Source of the DNA: Clostridia bacterium
GTDB lineage: Bacteria > Bacillota > Clostridia > Oscillospirales > CAG-272
NCBI GenBank assembly: GCA_017625755.1
Contig: JAGAKG010000037.1
Location: 16,842 to 80,841 of the forward strand
Length of the DNA stretch: 64,000 bases
Direction of reading: 5' to 3'
This document shows, piece by piece, positions 9,393-19,809 of this stretch (positions within the stretch are counted from its first letter, which is position 1; every line of letters begins with the position of its first letter). Position numbers and translations under genes: made by a program. Under the pieces are notes generated by a model. It saw only the letters and a list, made by a program, of their open reading frames with translations. It ran no database searches and was not told the origin of the DNA.

Positions 9393-10694
9393 TTATACGA
9401 TGTCGTTTGCCGTGATGTCCTCGTAGGTTTCGCGCCTTACCGCAACTCTCGGCACCCCGTCCTTTACCATTATTATCGGGGGGCGGGGGAGTCTGTTGTA
9501 GTTAGACGCCATTGAATAGTTGTAAGCACCCGTAACGAGAACCGCGAGAATATCGCCTCTCTGCGCTCTCTGTATCTCCATATTCTCACCGAGCAGGTCG
9601 CCCGACTCACAGCATCTTCCCGCAAGTGTCGCTCTGTAATCGCGAGGCTCTCCCGCTCTGTTTGCGATAAGCGCGGTGTACTGCGACTGATAGAGCGCGT
9701 ATCTGGGGTTATCGGGCATACCGCCGTCGACCGAGATGTAATTTCTGAAGCCCTCGATCTCCTTTACCGAGCCGACTGTGTAGAGCGTAGCGCCTGCCGC
9801 CGCAACGAGTGAGCGCCCTGGCTCGAGAATAACTCTCGGCATCTTGATACCGTTCTCGCGGCAATATCCCGTAACCACCGCCGCGATATCCCTTATCGCC
9901 TCGGCGTAGTTTATCTCGCGGTCGTATTCGGTGTATCTCACGCCGAGACCGCCACCGAGATTAAGCTCCTTTATCTCGAAGTCACATTCCTTCTTTATAT
10001 CTGCTATAAATCTTATCATAATGTCCGCCGCGTCAGCGAATGGCTCTATATCGAATATCTGAGAGCCGATATGACAATGCAGTCCCGCAAGCTCAACGCC
10101 CTCGGTTGCGATAGCCCTCTTTACGATATTCATAGCCTGTCCTGTGACTATGGCGTTTCCAAATTTGGAGTCAACATTTCCCGTAACTACCGCCTTGTGC
10201 GTGTGCGGGTCGATACCGGGGGTTATGCGGAGAAGTATTCTCTGAGTTACCCCTCTCCTTTTCGCCTCTGCCGAGAGTGCGGAAAGCTCGTCGTCGTTAT
10301 CTACGACGAATGTGCCGACCCCCATATCCATAGCGTCGGATATGTCCTTGTCCGTCTTATTGTTTCCGTGAAAATATATCTTCTCGGCAGGGAAGCCTGC
10401 TTTTTTAGCTGTGTAAAGCTCACCACCCGATACGCAGTCCACTCCCATACCTTCCTCTGCGGCTATCTTATAGATACCCGTAAAGCAGAGCGCCTTTGAG
10501 GCGTAGAGCGGGAGCGCGTCGGCTCCGAAATACTCTGCGGCGGCACGGAGATATGTGCGTATATTTTCTCTTATCACATTCTCGTCAAGGATATAAGCGG
10601 GTGTGCCGAACTGCGCCGCAAGCTCAACTGCGTCTGCTCCGCCTATTGTGAGATGACCTTTTTCATTGACATCAAAATGACTGTGGATTATCAT
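9393..10694 (-). CDS. lysA: Diaminopimelate decarboxylase
   Basis: PLP-dependent Orn/DAP/Arg decarboxylase motifs: YASKALCF, ELNLGGGLGV, GRCCESGD. I moved the start to ATG 10694 (MIIHSHF), 5 nt after the upstream gene's stop. Confidence 0.9.
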   Translation of the reverse strand: MIIHSHFDVNEKGHLTIGGADAVELAAQFGTPAYILDENVIRENIRTYLRAAAEYFGADALPLYASKALCFTGIYKIAAEEGMGVDCVSGGELYTAKKAGFPAEKIYFHGNNKTDKDISDAMDMGVGTFVVDNDDELSALSAEAKRRGVTQRILLRITPGIDPHTHKAVVTGNVDSKFGNAIVTGQAMNIVKRAIATEGVELAGLHCHIGSQIFDIEPFADAADIMIRFIADIKKECDFEIKELNLGGGLGVRYTEYDREINYAEAIRDIAAVVTGYCRENGIKMPRVILEPGRSLVAAAGATLYTVGSVKEIEGFRNYISVDGGMPDNPRYALYQSQYTALIANRAGEPRDYRATLAGRCCESGDLLGENMEIQRAQRGDILAVLVTGAYNYSMASNYNRLPRPPIIMVKDGVPRVAVRRETYEDITANDIV

Positions 10695-10698
10695 GGAT

Positions 10699-11397
10699 TT
10701 ATTTGTTTTCCTTTCCTGTTGGGGTATCTTCCTTTGAGATTTGGAACACATTCACGGCGGCATCAGAGCAGAGAGTTGCCATATATCCGTCGGTATGCTC
10801 GGTGATATTAGTTTTTACCACCGAGGGAGTTCCGTCCTCGACCTTAAAAATATTTATCGCGGCGTTTTTGCAGAAGCTTATATCGCCAACATGCTCCGAG
10901 CCAAGACCCATAGACATGGTTTCAAAAACTCGTATCGGAGTGGCGTGTGTTGCTATCATTACGCATTTTCCGTCGTTCTCACGGGCAATACCGAGTATCT
11001 CCGCGCAGACTCTGTCATATACCTCGGCGACGCTCTCGCCGTCAGTACAGCGGGCGTTTGAAAAATCGTTTTTCCATACCGCAAAATCCTCGGTATACTG
11101 CTCGTCTATCTCGTCAATAGTAAGCGTTTCCCATTCCCCCGCGAAAATCTCTCGAAGCCCCTCGCGCTTATGTACCGTCAGCCCCAAAAGCCCGGCTGCG
11201 GGGAGAGCAGTGTGATACGCGCGCTTGAGGTCGCTCGCATAGATAGCGTCAACCTTGAAGTTATCGCGGATATATTCACCCGCGAGCCGCGCCTGCTCCT
11301 TGCCGATATCAGTAAGGTCGAAATTTGAGTGCCCCGCAAAGCGGTGCTGCGCGTTTGCCACGCTCTGTCCGTGGCGGACAAGAATAAGTGTTGTCAT
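10699..11397 (-). CDS. Histidine phosphatase (phosphoglycerate mutase) family protein
   Basis: LILVRHGQSVANAQHRFAGHSNFDLTDIGKEQA (RHG motif). Start taken at ATG 11397 (MTTLILV). Confidence 0.85.
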   Translation of the reverse strand: MTTLILVRHGQSVANAQHRFAGHSNFDLTDIGKEQARLAGEYIRDNFKVDAIYASDLKRAYHTALPAAGLLGLTVHKREGLREIFAGEWETLTIDEIDEQYTEDFAVWKNDFSNARCTDGESVAEVYDRVCAEILGIARENDGKCVMIATHATPIRVFETMSMGLGSEHVGDISFCKNAAINIFKVEDGTPSVVKTNITEHTDGYMATLCSDAAVNVFQISKEDTPTGKENK

Positions 11398-11399
11398 AA

Positions 11400-12002
11400 T
11401 TATAATCCCGTATATCTGTATATTTCCTTCCAAAGCTCTCCCTTGCCCTCGTTTTTGAGGGATGAGAAGTATATTATCGGAGTGTCGGGCAGTATAAATC
11501 CGTTTGAGGATATCAGCTCCATACTCTTTTTACGCTCAGTCGCGTTGAGCTTATCCGACTTTGTTGCCACGATTATATACGGAATTTCCGACTGATTCAT
11601 AAATTCCAGCATCATCTCGTCGTCCTTCGTCGGCCCTATACGGCTGTCGACGAGCTGAACGACAAGCTTGAGCAGGTCAATATTGGGATTTTTGGTGAAG
11701 TATCCGTCGGTCAGCGAGGACCATTGCTTCTGGTTATCGTTGCTTCTTTTTGCAAATCCATAGCCGGGCAGGTCAACGAGAAAGAGCTTTTTGTCGACAT
11801 CGTAGAAGTTTACCGTGATAGTCTTTCCCGGTGCCGAGCTGACTCTCGCCAGCGATTTTCTGCCAAGCAGGGTATTGATAAGAGAGCTTTTGCCGACATT
11901 CGAGCGTCCCGAGAGGGCAACCTGAGCCATCTTGTCGGTGGGGAACTGGTGTGGCAAGCCCGCGCTTATTCTGAGGGATACATTTTGTGTGTTTACAGGC
12001 AT
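11400..12002 (-). CDS. engB: Ribosome biogenesis GTPase YsxC/EngB
   Basis: G1 GRSNVGKSSLIN, G3 DLPGYGFA, G4 TKSDK. Confidence 0.9.
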   Translation of the reverse strand: MPVNTQNVSLRISAGLPHQFPTDKMAQVALSGRSNVGKSSLINTLLGRKSLARVSSAPGKTITVNFYDVDKKLFLVDLPGYGFAKRSNDNQKQWSSLTDGYFTKNPNIDLLKLVVQLVDSRIGPTKDDEMMLEFMNQSEIPYIIVATKSDKLNATERKKSMELISSNGFILPDTPIIYFSSLKNEGKGELWKEIYRYTGL

Positions 12003-12017
12003 AGCTTTCGCCTTTCT

Positions 12018-14456
12018 TTATATTGTGAGGGGAACAGCGTCAGAGCTGCCCTTTGTAGGTGGAATTATCGTCGTGAGCGAGTCATCGCCCTCGCTTGACT
12101 TTTTCGCGCTGTCGCCCTTTTTTTGAACGAGCGCGTTTCTGAGGATATCCTCTGCGGTCTTGCAGGGGATAAAGCGGATATTTTCCTTTACCGCCGTGTC
12201 AAGCTCCTCGAAATCCCGCATATTGTCGGCGGGAATAAGCACGGTGCTGACACCTGCGGAATACGCCGCCATAGTCTTTTCGCGCAAGCCGCCGATGGCG
12301 AGTACATTTCCTCTGAGGGATATCTCACCCGTCATCGCGATATCTCTGCGTACGGGGATTCCCGTTATCGCGCTGACTATCGCCGTTATCATAGTAACAC
12401 CCGCTGAGGGACCGTCCTTGGGAACTGCGCCCTCGGGAAAATGGATATGTATATCGTGCTTCTTGTAGAAATCGGGTGCGATTCCGTATTTTGCGGATAT
12501 CGAGCGGACATAGCTTACCGCTATCTTTGCCGACTCCTTCATAACATCTCCGAGTGAGCCCGTGACCTCTATCTTGCCCTCTCCGTCGAGAATGAGTGCC
12601 TCAACGCGGAGCAGGTCTCCGCCCGCCTCTGTATAAGCGAGACCGTTTACCGTTCCCACCTCGTTAGAGTCGGATATCCTCTCGGGAAGCAGCTTTCTCT
12701 CGCCGAGATATTCCTTTACATCGGTTGCCTTGACCGTAACCTTATTGAGGTCAGAGTCCTCGACGAATCTCTTTGCCACTTTTCTTATTACATCGGCAAG
12801 AGTTCTCTCAAGATTTCTGACACCTGCCTCGCGGGTATAGTAGTCGATGATCTCAATTATCGCGCTATCGTCTATACGAAGCATCTTCTTCGTCATTCCG
12901 TGACGGCGTAGCTGCTTGGGAAGCAGGTGGTTTTTAGCGATAGCGAGCTTTTCTGTCTTTGTGTATGCGCGGAGCTTGATTATCTCCATTCTGTCGAGCA
13001 AGGGCTTCGGAACTGTGTCGAGCGTGTTTGCTGTTGCGATAAAGACACAGTTCGAGAGGTCAAAGGGAAGCTCCACAAAATGGTCGCGGAAATTCTTGTT
13101 CTGCTCGCTGTCAAGCACCTCGAGAAGGGCAGACGCGGGATCTCCGTGCGCATCGCGCGTGAGCTTGTCTATCTCATCAAGCAAAATGAGCGGATTATTC
13201 GACTTAGCCTGAGCTATCGCGTTTATTATACGCCCTGGCATAGCTCCTATATATGTTTTTCTGTGACCTCTTATGTCAGCCTCATCGCGTATACCGCCGA
13301 GGGAGACGCGCACATAATTGCGCTTCATAGCCCTCGCGACCGATTCGGCGACAGATGTTTTACCGACACCGGGAGGACCTACAAGACATATTATCTGATT
13401 TCTCAGCTCGGGGTTGAGCTGCTTTACCGCGAGAAATTCGAGAATTCTCTCCTTTATCTTTTCCATTCCGTCGTGGTCTGCGTCGAGTATCTTTTTTGCC
13501 GCCGACACGCTGACTCTGTCCTTGGTCGATACCGTCCACGGCAGGTCGATACAGGTGTCGAGATAAGTGCGCAGTACCGCAGCCTCGGAGGAACCGAAGG
13601 GGAGCTTTTCGAGCCTTGACGCTTCCTTCATAAGCTTTTCCGCGATTTCGTCGGGTAGCTTTGCCTCTCGTATTCTTCTCTCGTATTCGTCAATCTCGTC
13701 CTCGTCATTCTCGTTAAGCTCGTTCTTTATAACGCGTATCTGCTCGCGGAGGTAGTATTCCTTCTGATTGCGGTTGATATTGCTTCTTACTCTTTTCTGT
13801 ATATTAAGCTCGTATTCAAGGAGTTTCGTTTCGCTCTGGAGCAGAGCGATAAGTATTTCTATTCTCTTTACGGGCTCGTAGCACTCAAGCACCTTCTGCT
13901 TGTCGACATACTTGACAAGGATATTCGACGCAATAAAATCCGCGAGCAGAGCAGGGGATTTTATCGACTTCGCCGTCATAATGATATCGTCGCTGACAGA
14001 GGGAAGAAACTTGACAAGCTTTTCTACCTCTCCGAGAATTGCGTGGGAATAAGCCTCGTTGCGAAGGCTGTCCTCGTCCGACATCATAACTATCTTAGAG
14101 ACAGCGTCAGCCACGGTATAGTCGGCAAAGCTACGGAATTCGACCACCGTCGCGCGGGTATAACCTTCCGTGATAAGTCGCATAGTTCCCTCGGGAGTTT
14201 TTAGTGACTGCTTTATCTTTGCCACCGTTCCAACACGGTAGAGATTTTCGGTAGCTATATCGTCTGCGTCGTCAAAAAATTCCTTCGCGGCGCAAAGAAG
14301 CACCATTGAGTCTGTTGCGAAAGCCGCTTCTGCCGCCTTTATGCAGACCTCGTGTGTTATTTCAAAATTCAGCGTTACTCCCGGAAAAGCCACCACTCCG
14401 CGGAGCGGAATGACGGGTAGGGAGAGCTGCTCTGCTTTTTCTATATATTTTCTCAT
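12018..14456 (-). CDS. lon: ATP-dependent Lon protease
   Basis: 812 aa with Walker A GPPGVGKTS, the catalytic Ser motif PKDGPSAGVTM and an N-terminal LON substrate-binding domain. Confidence 0.95.
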   Translation of the reverse strand: MRKYIEKAEQLSLPVIPLRGVVAFPGVTLNFEITHEVCIKAAEAAFATDSMVLLCAAKEFFDDADDIATENLYRVGTVAKIKQSLKTPEGTMRLITEGYTRATVVEFRSFADYTVADAVSKIVMMSDEDSLRNEAYSHAILGEVEKLVKFLPSVSDDIIMTAKSIKSPALLADFIASNILVKYVDKQKVLECYEPVKRIEILIALLQSETKLLEYELNIQKRVRSNINRNQKEYYLREQIRVIKNELNENDEDEIDEYERRIREAKLPDEIAEKLMKEASRLEKLPFGSSEAAVLRTYLDTCIDLPWTVSTKDRVSVSAAKKILDADHDGMEKIKERILEFLAVKQLNPELRNQIICLVGPPGVGKTSVAESVARAMKRNYVRVSLGGIRDEADIRGHRKTYIGAMPGRIINAIAQAKSNNPLILLDEIDKLTRDAHGDPASALLEVLDSEQNKNFRDHFVELPFDLSNCVFIATANTLDTVPKPLLDRMEIIKLRAYTKTEKLAIAKNHLLPKQLRRHGMTKKMLRIDDSAIIEIIDYYTREAGVRNLERTLADVIRKVAKRFVEDSDLNKVTVKATDVKEYLGERKLLPERISDSNEVGTVNGLAYTEAGGDLLRVEALILDGEGKIEVTGSLGDVMKESAKIAVSYVRSISAKYGIAPDFYKKHDIHIHFPEGAVPKDGPSAGVTMITAIVSAITGIPVRRDIAMTGEISLRGNVLAIGGLREKTMAAYSAGVSTVLIPADNMRDFEELDTAVKENIRFIPCKTAEDILRNALVQKKGDSAKKSSEGDDSLTTIIPPTKGSSDAVPLTI

Positions 14457-14681
14457 GATTATCCTTTTTTACCTGATTGTTTTTTGAATATTAATATTCA
14501 TATCATTATACCATACTTTTTCTCTAATTTCTACCCCATTTTGAATAATTTAATATTTTGTTCAATATATATTATATTTCCTCTCTTGAAAATTCTTGAA
14601 TTGTATTCTTTTTTGCGATTGACAAAGGCTTCCGTCTATAATATAATTATATTCAACAGAGATTTTATCACGGAGGAGATT

Positions 14682-15431
14682 ATGCCGCGTTTTTTTATTA
14701 GACAGAATCAGATAGAGGATAATAAGATAAAAATAATCGGAGAGGACGCAAGACATATCTCGAGGTCGCTGAGAATGGCGGCGGGCGAGCATATAACCGT
14801 CTGCGATATGCAGAGTAATGAGTACGATTGCGTTCTGCGCGAATTCGGCGAGAGTGAGGTCGTAGCCGAGATACTTGATATGCGGGAGTCGGAGAACGAG
14901 CCGCCCTGCTATATAAAGCTTTATCAAGCGCTTCCCAAGGGGGACAAGCTCGATACGGTAATACAGAAAGCCGTCGAGTGCGGAGTCGGAGAGATAATTC
15001 CTTTTGAGAGCGAGAGGTGCGTCGTGAGAATGAAGCCCGAGGCTGAGGAGAAAAAGACACAGCGCAGAAACAGAATTGCGGCAGAGGCGGCGAAGCAATG
15101 CGGAAGAAGCGCTATTCCCGCCGTATCGGCAACGGTCGGATTTAACGATATGTTGAGCGGAGCCGCCCGGAGCGAGGTTTGTCTGTTCTGTTACGAGGGA
15201 GACGGAACCAAGCCGCTCGGAGTGATACTTAAAGAGGTCTGCTCGCGCGGAGAGCTGCCAAAGAGCATATCCGTCGTTATCGGAAGCGAGGGGGGATTTT
15301 CTCTCGGCGAGGCGGCGCGCTGCCGCGACGCGGGAATGATAATGACGGGACTTGGCAAGAGAATTTTGCGTACGGAAACGGCGTCAGGCTTTGTACTGTC
15401 TTGCATTTGTTGCTTTAGCGAGCTGTTGTAA
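14682..15431 (+). CDS. rsmE: 16S rRNA (uracil1498-N3)-methyltransferase
   Basis: MPRFFIRQNQI..., GSEGGFS and RILRTETA are typical of RsmE. ATG 14682 has a GGAGGAG SD. The longer ORF-track start at 14484 lies in an AT-rich promoter region. Confidence 0.9.
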   Translation: MPRFFIRQNQIEDNKIKIIGEDARHISRSLRMAAGEHITVCDMQSNEYDCVLREFGESEVVAEILDMRESENEPPCYIKLYQALPKGDKLDTVIQKAVECGVGEIIPFESERCVVRMKPEAEEKKTQRRNRIAAEAAKQCGRSAIPAVSATVGFNDMLSGAARSEVCLFCYEGDGTKPLGVILKEVCSRGELPKSISVVIGSEGGFSLGEAARCRDAGMIMTGLGKRILRTETASGFVLSCICCFSELL

Positions 15432-15615
15432 GCTCTGCTTTTTTGGTGATTTTTTACTAACGATTTGGCGAATGTGCAAATAAGAAACAAAAAAAGTGAA
15501 AATTTTTATAAAAAATATTGAAAAACCTATTGAAAAATCACAAAAAATAGTATAAAATATAGGGTAGTATACACAATGCGATATTTTGAAAATAAAAAAT
15601 GTGAGGTATAGACTA

Positions 15616-16701
15616 ATGTCAAACAGATTATTTCAAGGTGTTATATACCAGATGAAGGATGCGTTTGACCGCATCATAGGCGTTATTGATGAAAACGGTG
15701 TGGTTATTTCCTGCTCAGATCTGGGAAAGATGGGAGATGTAAGGCAGGGCATTCGTGAAGAACTGTCTTTTTCCTCGGAGGTAATGGCTGTCGACGGGTA
15801 TACATACCGTTATATGGGCGTCGGACAAAAGAGCGAGTATATCGTGTTCGTTGAGGGACAGGATAAGATGGCTGAAAAGATGTCCAAGCTTCTCGCGGTC
15901 TCTCTCGGTAACATCAAGAGCTTGTACGACGAAAAGTACGATAAGGGCTCCTTTATCAAGAACATTATCCTTGATAACATTCTCCCCAGCGATATCTACA
16001 TAAAGTCCAAGGAGCTTCATTTCAACACCGAGGATCCCAGAATAGTATTTCTTGTAAAATTCTTCGGTAAGACCGATATGATGCCCTTTGAGATGCTTCA
16101 GAATATGTTCCCCGACAAGTCGAAGGACTATGTTATAAGCGTCGGCGAGCACGATATCGTGCTTGTTAAGGAGCTGAAGCCTGGTACTGAAATGAAGGAG
16201 ATAGAGAAGATAGCAACCAATATTGCAGACACTCTTTCTACCGAGTTTTATACCAAGGTCGCTATCGGTATCTCTACCGTGGTCGACAATATAAAGGACC
16301 TTGCGAAGGCATATCAGGAGGCTCAGGTGGCTCTTGAGGTCGGAAAGGTATTTGAGACAGAGAAGAATATCATAAGCTATGAAAATCTCGGTATAGGAAG
16401 ACTTATCTATCAGCTTCCCACAACGCTTTGTGAGATGTTCCTTCAGGAGGTATTCAAGAAGGGTAACCTCGAATCTCTCGACAGAGAGACGCTGATGACT
16501 ATTCAGTGCTTCTTTGAGAACAACCTCAATGTCTCCGAGACCTCGAGAAAGCTTTTTGTTCACAGAAATACTCTGGTTTACAGACTTGAAAAGATAAGAA
16601 AGCTTACGGGACTTGACCTGCGCGAGTTTGAGCACGCTATCACCTTCAAGGTTGCGCTTATGGTTAAGAAATATCTCAATTCAAAGCCCGTTAAGTACTG
16701 A
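15616..16701 (+). CDS. PucR/CdaR-family transcriptional regulator
   Basis: The C-terminal HTH NVSETSRKLFVHRNTLVYRLEKIRKLTGLD is typical of PucR C-terminal domains. ATG 15616 has a GAGGT SD 7 nt upstream. Confidence 0.8.
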   Translation: MSNRLFQGVIYQMKDAFDRIIGVIDENGVVISCSDLGKMGDVRQGIREELSFSSEVMAVDGYTYRYMGVGQKSEYIVFVEGQDKMAEKMSKLLAVSLGNIKSLYDEKYDKGSFIKNIILDNILPSDIYIKSKELHFNTEDPRIVFLVKFFGKTDMMPFEMLQNMFPDKSKDYVISVGEHDIVLVKELKPGTEMKEIEKIATNIADTLSTEFYTKVAIGISTVVDNIKDLAKAYQEAQVALEVGKVFETEKNIISYENLGIGRLIYQLPTTLCEMFLQEVFKKGNLESLDRETLMTIQCFFENNLNVSETSRKLFVHRNTLVYRLEKIRKLTGLDLREFEHAITFKVALMVKKYLNSKPVKY

Positions 16702-16868
16702 TAACGCCATATATTGAATAAACTTGTCAGTATGAGGAAATATTCTCCTACGGCTGACATAAATGCTCTCCGGGAGTGCAAGCCTTTGGTGTCGCTCCCG
16801 GGGAATATGCGTTATAATGCTTTATCGACATAGCTTGAGGCGAAGGCATTTCAGCTCTCCTTCATATA

Positions 16869-18404
16869 ATGCGGAAGCTTTTTCCGCGATTACGGGTGAA
16901 AGGTTTGGTCGAAACGGTGTCGGAAGAAAACAAGAATATCAATACCGATAATACAGACGAGACGGAAGAAAATGAAGCTTGTCTGAGTGACGGACAGCCT
17001 GACTCGGGCGAGGCTGACATAGAAGAATCACTGCCCGAGAAAAAAGAACAAAAAGAGCAAAAGCCGAGGGGCGAGAGGAGAATAACGCTTGGGGCGTTCC
17101 TCTTTTCCGCGGTAGCGCTCGTCCTCGCGGCGGTTATGCTGACATATACCTGCTGCAATTCGATATATCGGCGAAAGCTTGCCGAGGCGAAGCTCGAGAA
17201 TGTTACTCTCGGAGATTTCAGCGAATATGACGAGCTTGACCTGCTGAGCGCGCTTTTCAGACAATATTCCTATTACGATATTGACGATGACGAGATGGTG
17301 CGCAGGGTTATGAAGGCGTATGTTGCGGCTACGGGAGACAGATACGCGGCGTATTACACAGCCGAGGAATATAACGCGCTCCTTGCGGATACCGCGGGCG
17401 AGGGCGTTGGAATCGGAATATCTATTATATCGAATACCGCACCGATAAACGGCGGAGAGTATAATGTTATCGAGATAATAGGCATATCCCCCGAAAGCCC
17501 TGCCGAGAGCGCGGGACTTAAGGTGGGCGACCTTATCGTCTGGATAGGCACGGGTGAGAACAGAGAGCCTGTTAGCGAAATGAACTATGATAACGCCGTA
17601 CTGAAGCTTCGCGGAGACGAGGGAAGTATGGCAGAATTCACCGTGCTGAGAGACGGGGGCGAGGGCGAGTATGAGGAGCTTGAATTCTCAGTCGAGCGCA
17701 AAAAGGTAGAGTCTGTCTCGGTCTATTCAACGGTGAGCGAGGCAAAGCCCGAGGTGGGAATAATCCGAATAGAAAACTTTGACCTCACGGTTCCGACGCA
17801 GTTCTCAAAGGCGGTTGACGAGCTTGAGAAAAAGGGCTGCACGAAGTTCGTGTTCGACCTCAGATATAATATGGGCGGCGACCTTGAATCTATAAAGGCG
17901 GTGCTGAGCTACTTCCTCTCGGAGGGAGATACGATACTCAGCACACGCGACAAAGCGGGGAATGATGAGGTCATTTCGGTCAAGACGGTCACGCACGAAA
18001 ACGAAGCCTACTCGGGTTGCGATATTTCCGCTGAGGATATTGGGAAATACGCGCATCTGAAGGGTAAGATAGCGGTGCTTTGTAACGGTATGACCGCAAG
18101 CGCTGCCGAGCTTTTTGTGGCGGCTATGAGGGATTATGAGCTTGCCGATACCGTAGGTGAGACGACATACGGTAAGGGAAGTATGCAAAGCACGATAAGC
18201 CTGAGTTATTTCGGGTATACGGGGGCTGTCAAGCTCACGACTAAAAAATATTTTCCGCCCTGCGGAGAGGGGTACGACGGAATCGGAATTACCCCCGAGT
18301 ACGAGGTGGAGCAGAGTGAAGAAGCAAAAGACTATAACCGCTATGTGCTTCCGCAATCGCTGGACGCCCAGCTGACGGCGGCGCTTGGTTGTCTTGATAA
18401 ATAA
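16869..18404 (+). CDS. S41-family carboxy-terminal processing peptidase with a PDZ domain
   Basis: N-terminal acidic region plus TM, PDZ (PAESAGLKVGDLIVWI), S41 catalytic region (NGMTASAAELFVAAMRD, TYGKGSMQ). Confidence 0.85.
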   Translation: MRKLFPRLRVKGLVETVSEENKNINTDNTDETEENEACLSDGQPDSGEADIEESLPEKKEQKEQKPRGERRITLGAFLFSAVALVLAAVMLTYTCCNSIYRRKLAEAKLENVTLGDFSEYDELDLLSALFRQYSYYDIDDDEMVRRVMKAYVAATGDRYAAYYTAEEYNALLADTAGEGVGIGISIISNTAPINGGEYNVIEIIGISPESPAESAGLKVGDLIVWIGTGENREPVSEMNYDNAVLKLRGDEGSMAEFTVLRDGGEGEYEELEFSVERKKVESVSVYSTVSEAKPEVGIIRIENFDLTVPTQFSKAVDELEKKGCTKFVFDLRYNMGGDLESIKAVLSYFLSEGDTILSTRDKAGNDEVISVKTVTHENEAYSGCDISAEDIGKYAHLKGKIAVLCNGMTASAAELFVAAMRDYELADTVGETTYGKGSMQSTISLSYFGYTGAVKLTTKKYFPPCGEGYDGIGITPEYEVEQSEEAKDYNRYVLPQSLDAQLTAALGCLDK

Positions 18405-18435
18405 TAATTATATTTACTATCTAAGGAGAAAGAAA

Positions 18436-18918
18436 ATGTCTAAGGAACAGCTTTACACACAAGAAGGTTATCAGAAACTTATTGATGAATTTGACTATCT
18501 CACAAAAACAAGACGAGAGGAGATAAAAAAGGATATCGCCGAGGCGAGATCCTTCGGAGACCTTTCCGAGAACGCCGAGTATGACGCGGCAAGAAACGAG
18601 CAGGCAAAGGTTGAGGCGAGAATCAAGGAGCTTGAGGAGCTTATCAGACACGCTAAGATAATAGACGAGGATACGCTTGACACGACGGTAGTAAGCATAG
18701 GCTCTCTCGTTAAGGTCAAGATGGCTGATGGCAGAGAGATAGAATACAGCATAGTCGGCTCTAACGAGGTAGACCCCGACACATTCAAGATATCCGACCA
18801 GTCCCCCATAGGCAGAAAGCTTATAGGAGCAAAGGCGGGAACGAAGATAGCCATAGATGTTCCCTCGGGAAAAATATCGCTTGAGATACTTGAGGTATCC
18901 AGAACAAAGGAAATATAA
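18436..18918 (+). CDS. greA: Transcription elongation factor GreA
   Basis: MSKEQLYTQEGYQKLIDEFDYL...ARSFGDLSENAEYDAARNEQ. ATG 18436 follows an AAGGAGAAAG SD. Confidence 0.95.
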   Translation: MSKEQLYTQEGYQKLIDEFDYLTKTRREEIKKDIAEARSFGDLSENAEYDAARNEQAKVEARIKELEELIRHAKIIDEDTLDTTVVSIGSLVKVKMADGREIEYSIVGSNEVDPDTFKISDQSPIGRKLIGAKAGTKIAIDVPSGKISLEILEVSRTKEI

Positions 18919-18924
18919 GCGAAG

Positions 18925-18962
18925 ATCGGTGACAGCGCACCTGTGTGCCGTCACCGATTTTT
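18925..18962 (+). terminator. Intrinsic terminator after greA
   Basis: Stem ATCGGTGAC (18925-18933) / GTCACCGAT (18950-18958) followed by TTTT. Confidence 0.8.
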
Positions 18963-18985
18963 CTGATTAAAAGGAGCTGCGATAA

Positions 18986-19729
18986 ATGAACTCAGATGAA
19001 AAGCTCCGCGACGCGGAGATACGAACGGAAAACAAGCTTTTGCTTCGTCTTGATAATTTCTGGTATCATTACAAGTGGGTCACGATAGTTGTTGCGTTTT
19101 TTGTTATCGTTTTTCTTTTTTGTACGCTGCAGATGTGCGGTAACGAAAAAGAGGATATAAACATACTTTACGCGGGACCGATACAGCTTTCGGCAGACGA
19201 GGCGAGTTCGCTGTCAAATGTGATGGAATTTGTAATGCCGAGCGATTTCGACGAAAACGGAGAGAAGTCGGCGGAGATCATCAATTATCAGATCTATTCA
19301 AAGGAACAGATAGAAAAAATAGAGGCACAGACCGACGAGTTTGAAATTGCGGGGTATGTTGACCGCTCGCATAATTCTAAAAACTATGATGATTTTTACA
19401 ACTACATACAGACGGGAGATACCTCCATCTGCTTCCTTGACCCCTGGCTCTATGAAGATATAAAGAGCAAGGACAGATTTATTAAGCTCTCCGACGCGCT
19501 GGGCTATCAGCCCGAGGGTGCTCTCGACGAATACGGAATAAAGCTTTGTGACACGGCACTTTACGATTCGTACGGTGCAATGAAGGTTCTGCCTGAGGAT
19601 ACCGTGGTATGCCTGCTGCGTCCGCTCGTTGTTGGAAAGAGCCGCAAGGAAGAAATGTATGCGAGAGAAAAAGAAATGTTTGCGGCGATAGTCGAGTTTA
19701 ATTCCGATGATTCTTCAGACGAAAAATGA
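18986..19729 (+). CDS. Hypothetical membrane-anchored protein
   Basis: 247 aa with a single N-terminal TM (WVTIVVAFFVIVFLFCTL). I recognise no family. Confidence 0.5.
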   Translation: MNSDEKLRDAEIRTENKLLLRLDNFWYHYKWVTIVVAFFVIVFLFCTLQMCGNEKEDINILYAGPIQLSADEASSLSNVMEFVMPSDFDENGEKSAEIINYQIYSKEQIEKIEAQTDEFEIAGYVDRSHNSKNYDDFYNYIQTGDTSICFLDPWLYEDIKSKDRFIKLSDALGYQPEGALDEYGIKLCDTALYDSYGAMKVLPEDTVVCLLRPLVVGKSRKEEMYAREKEMFAAIVEFNSDDSSDEK

Positions 19730-19809
19730 CAGAATGTGTTTTTAAAAATTGGTTATTGTTGAAACAAATCGAATTATATTGTGATATATAATACAATCAG
19801 CTTGGTGCT

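Noticed and set aside
14484-14681. N-terminal extension of the rsmE ORF (ORF-track start at 14484)
   Set aside because: The extension lies in the AT-rich divergent promoter region. The RsmE consensus begins at MPRFF (14682), which has a good SD.
15715-16635. 306-aa minus-strand ORF
   Set aside because: It is antisense to the PucR-family regulator gene and has no recognisable domain.
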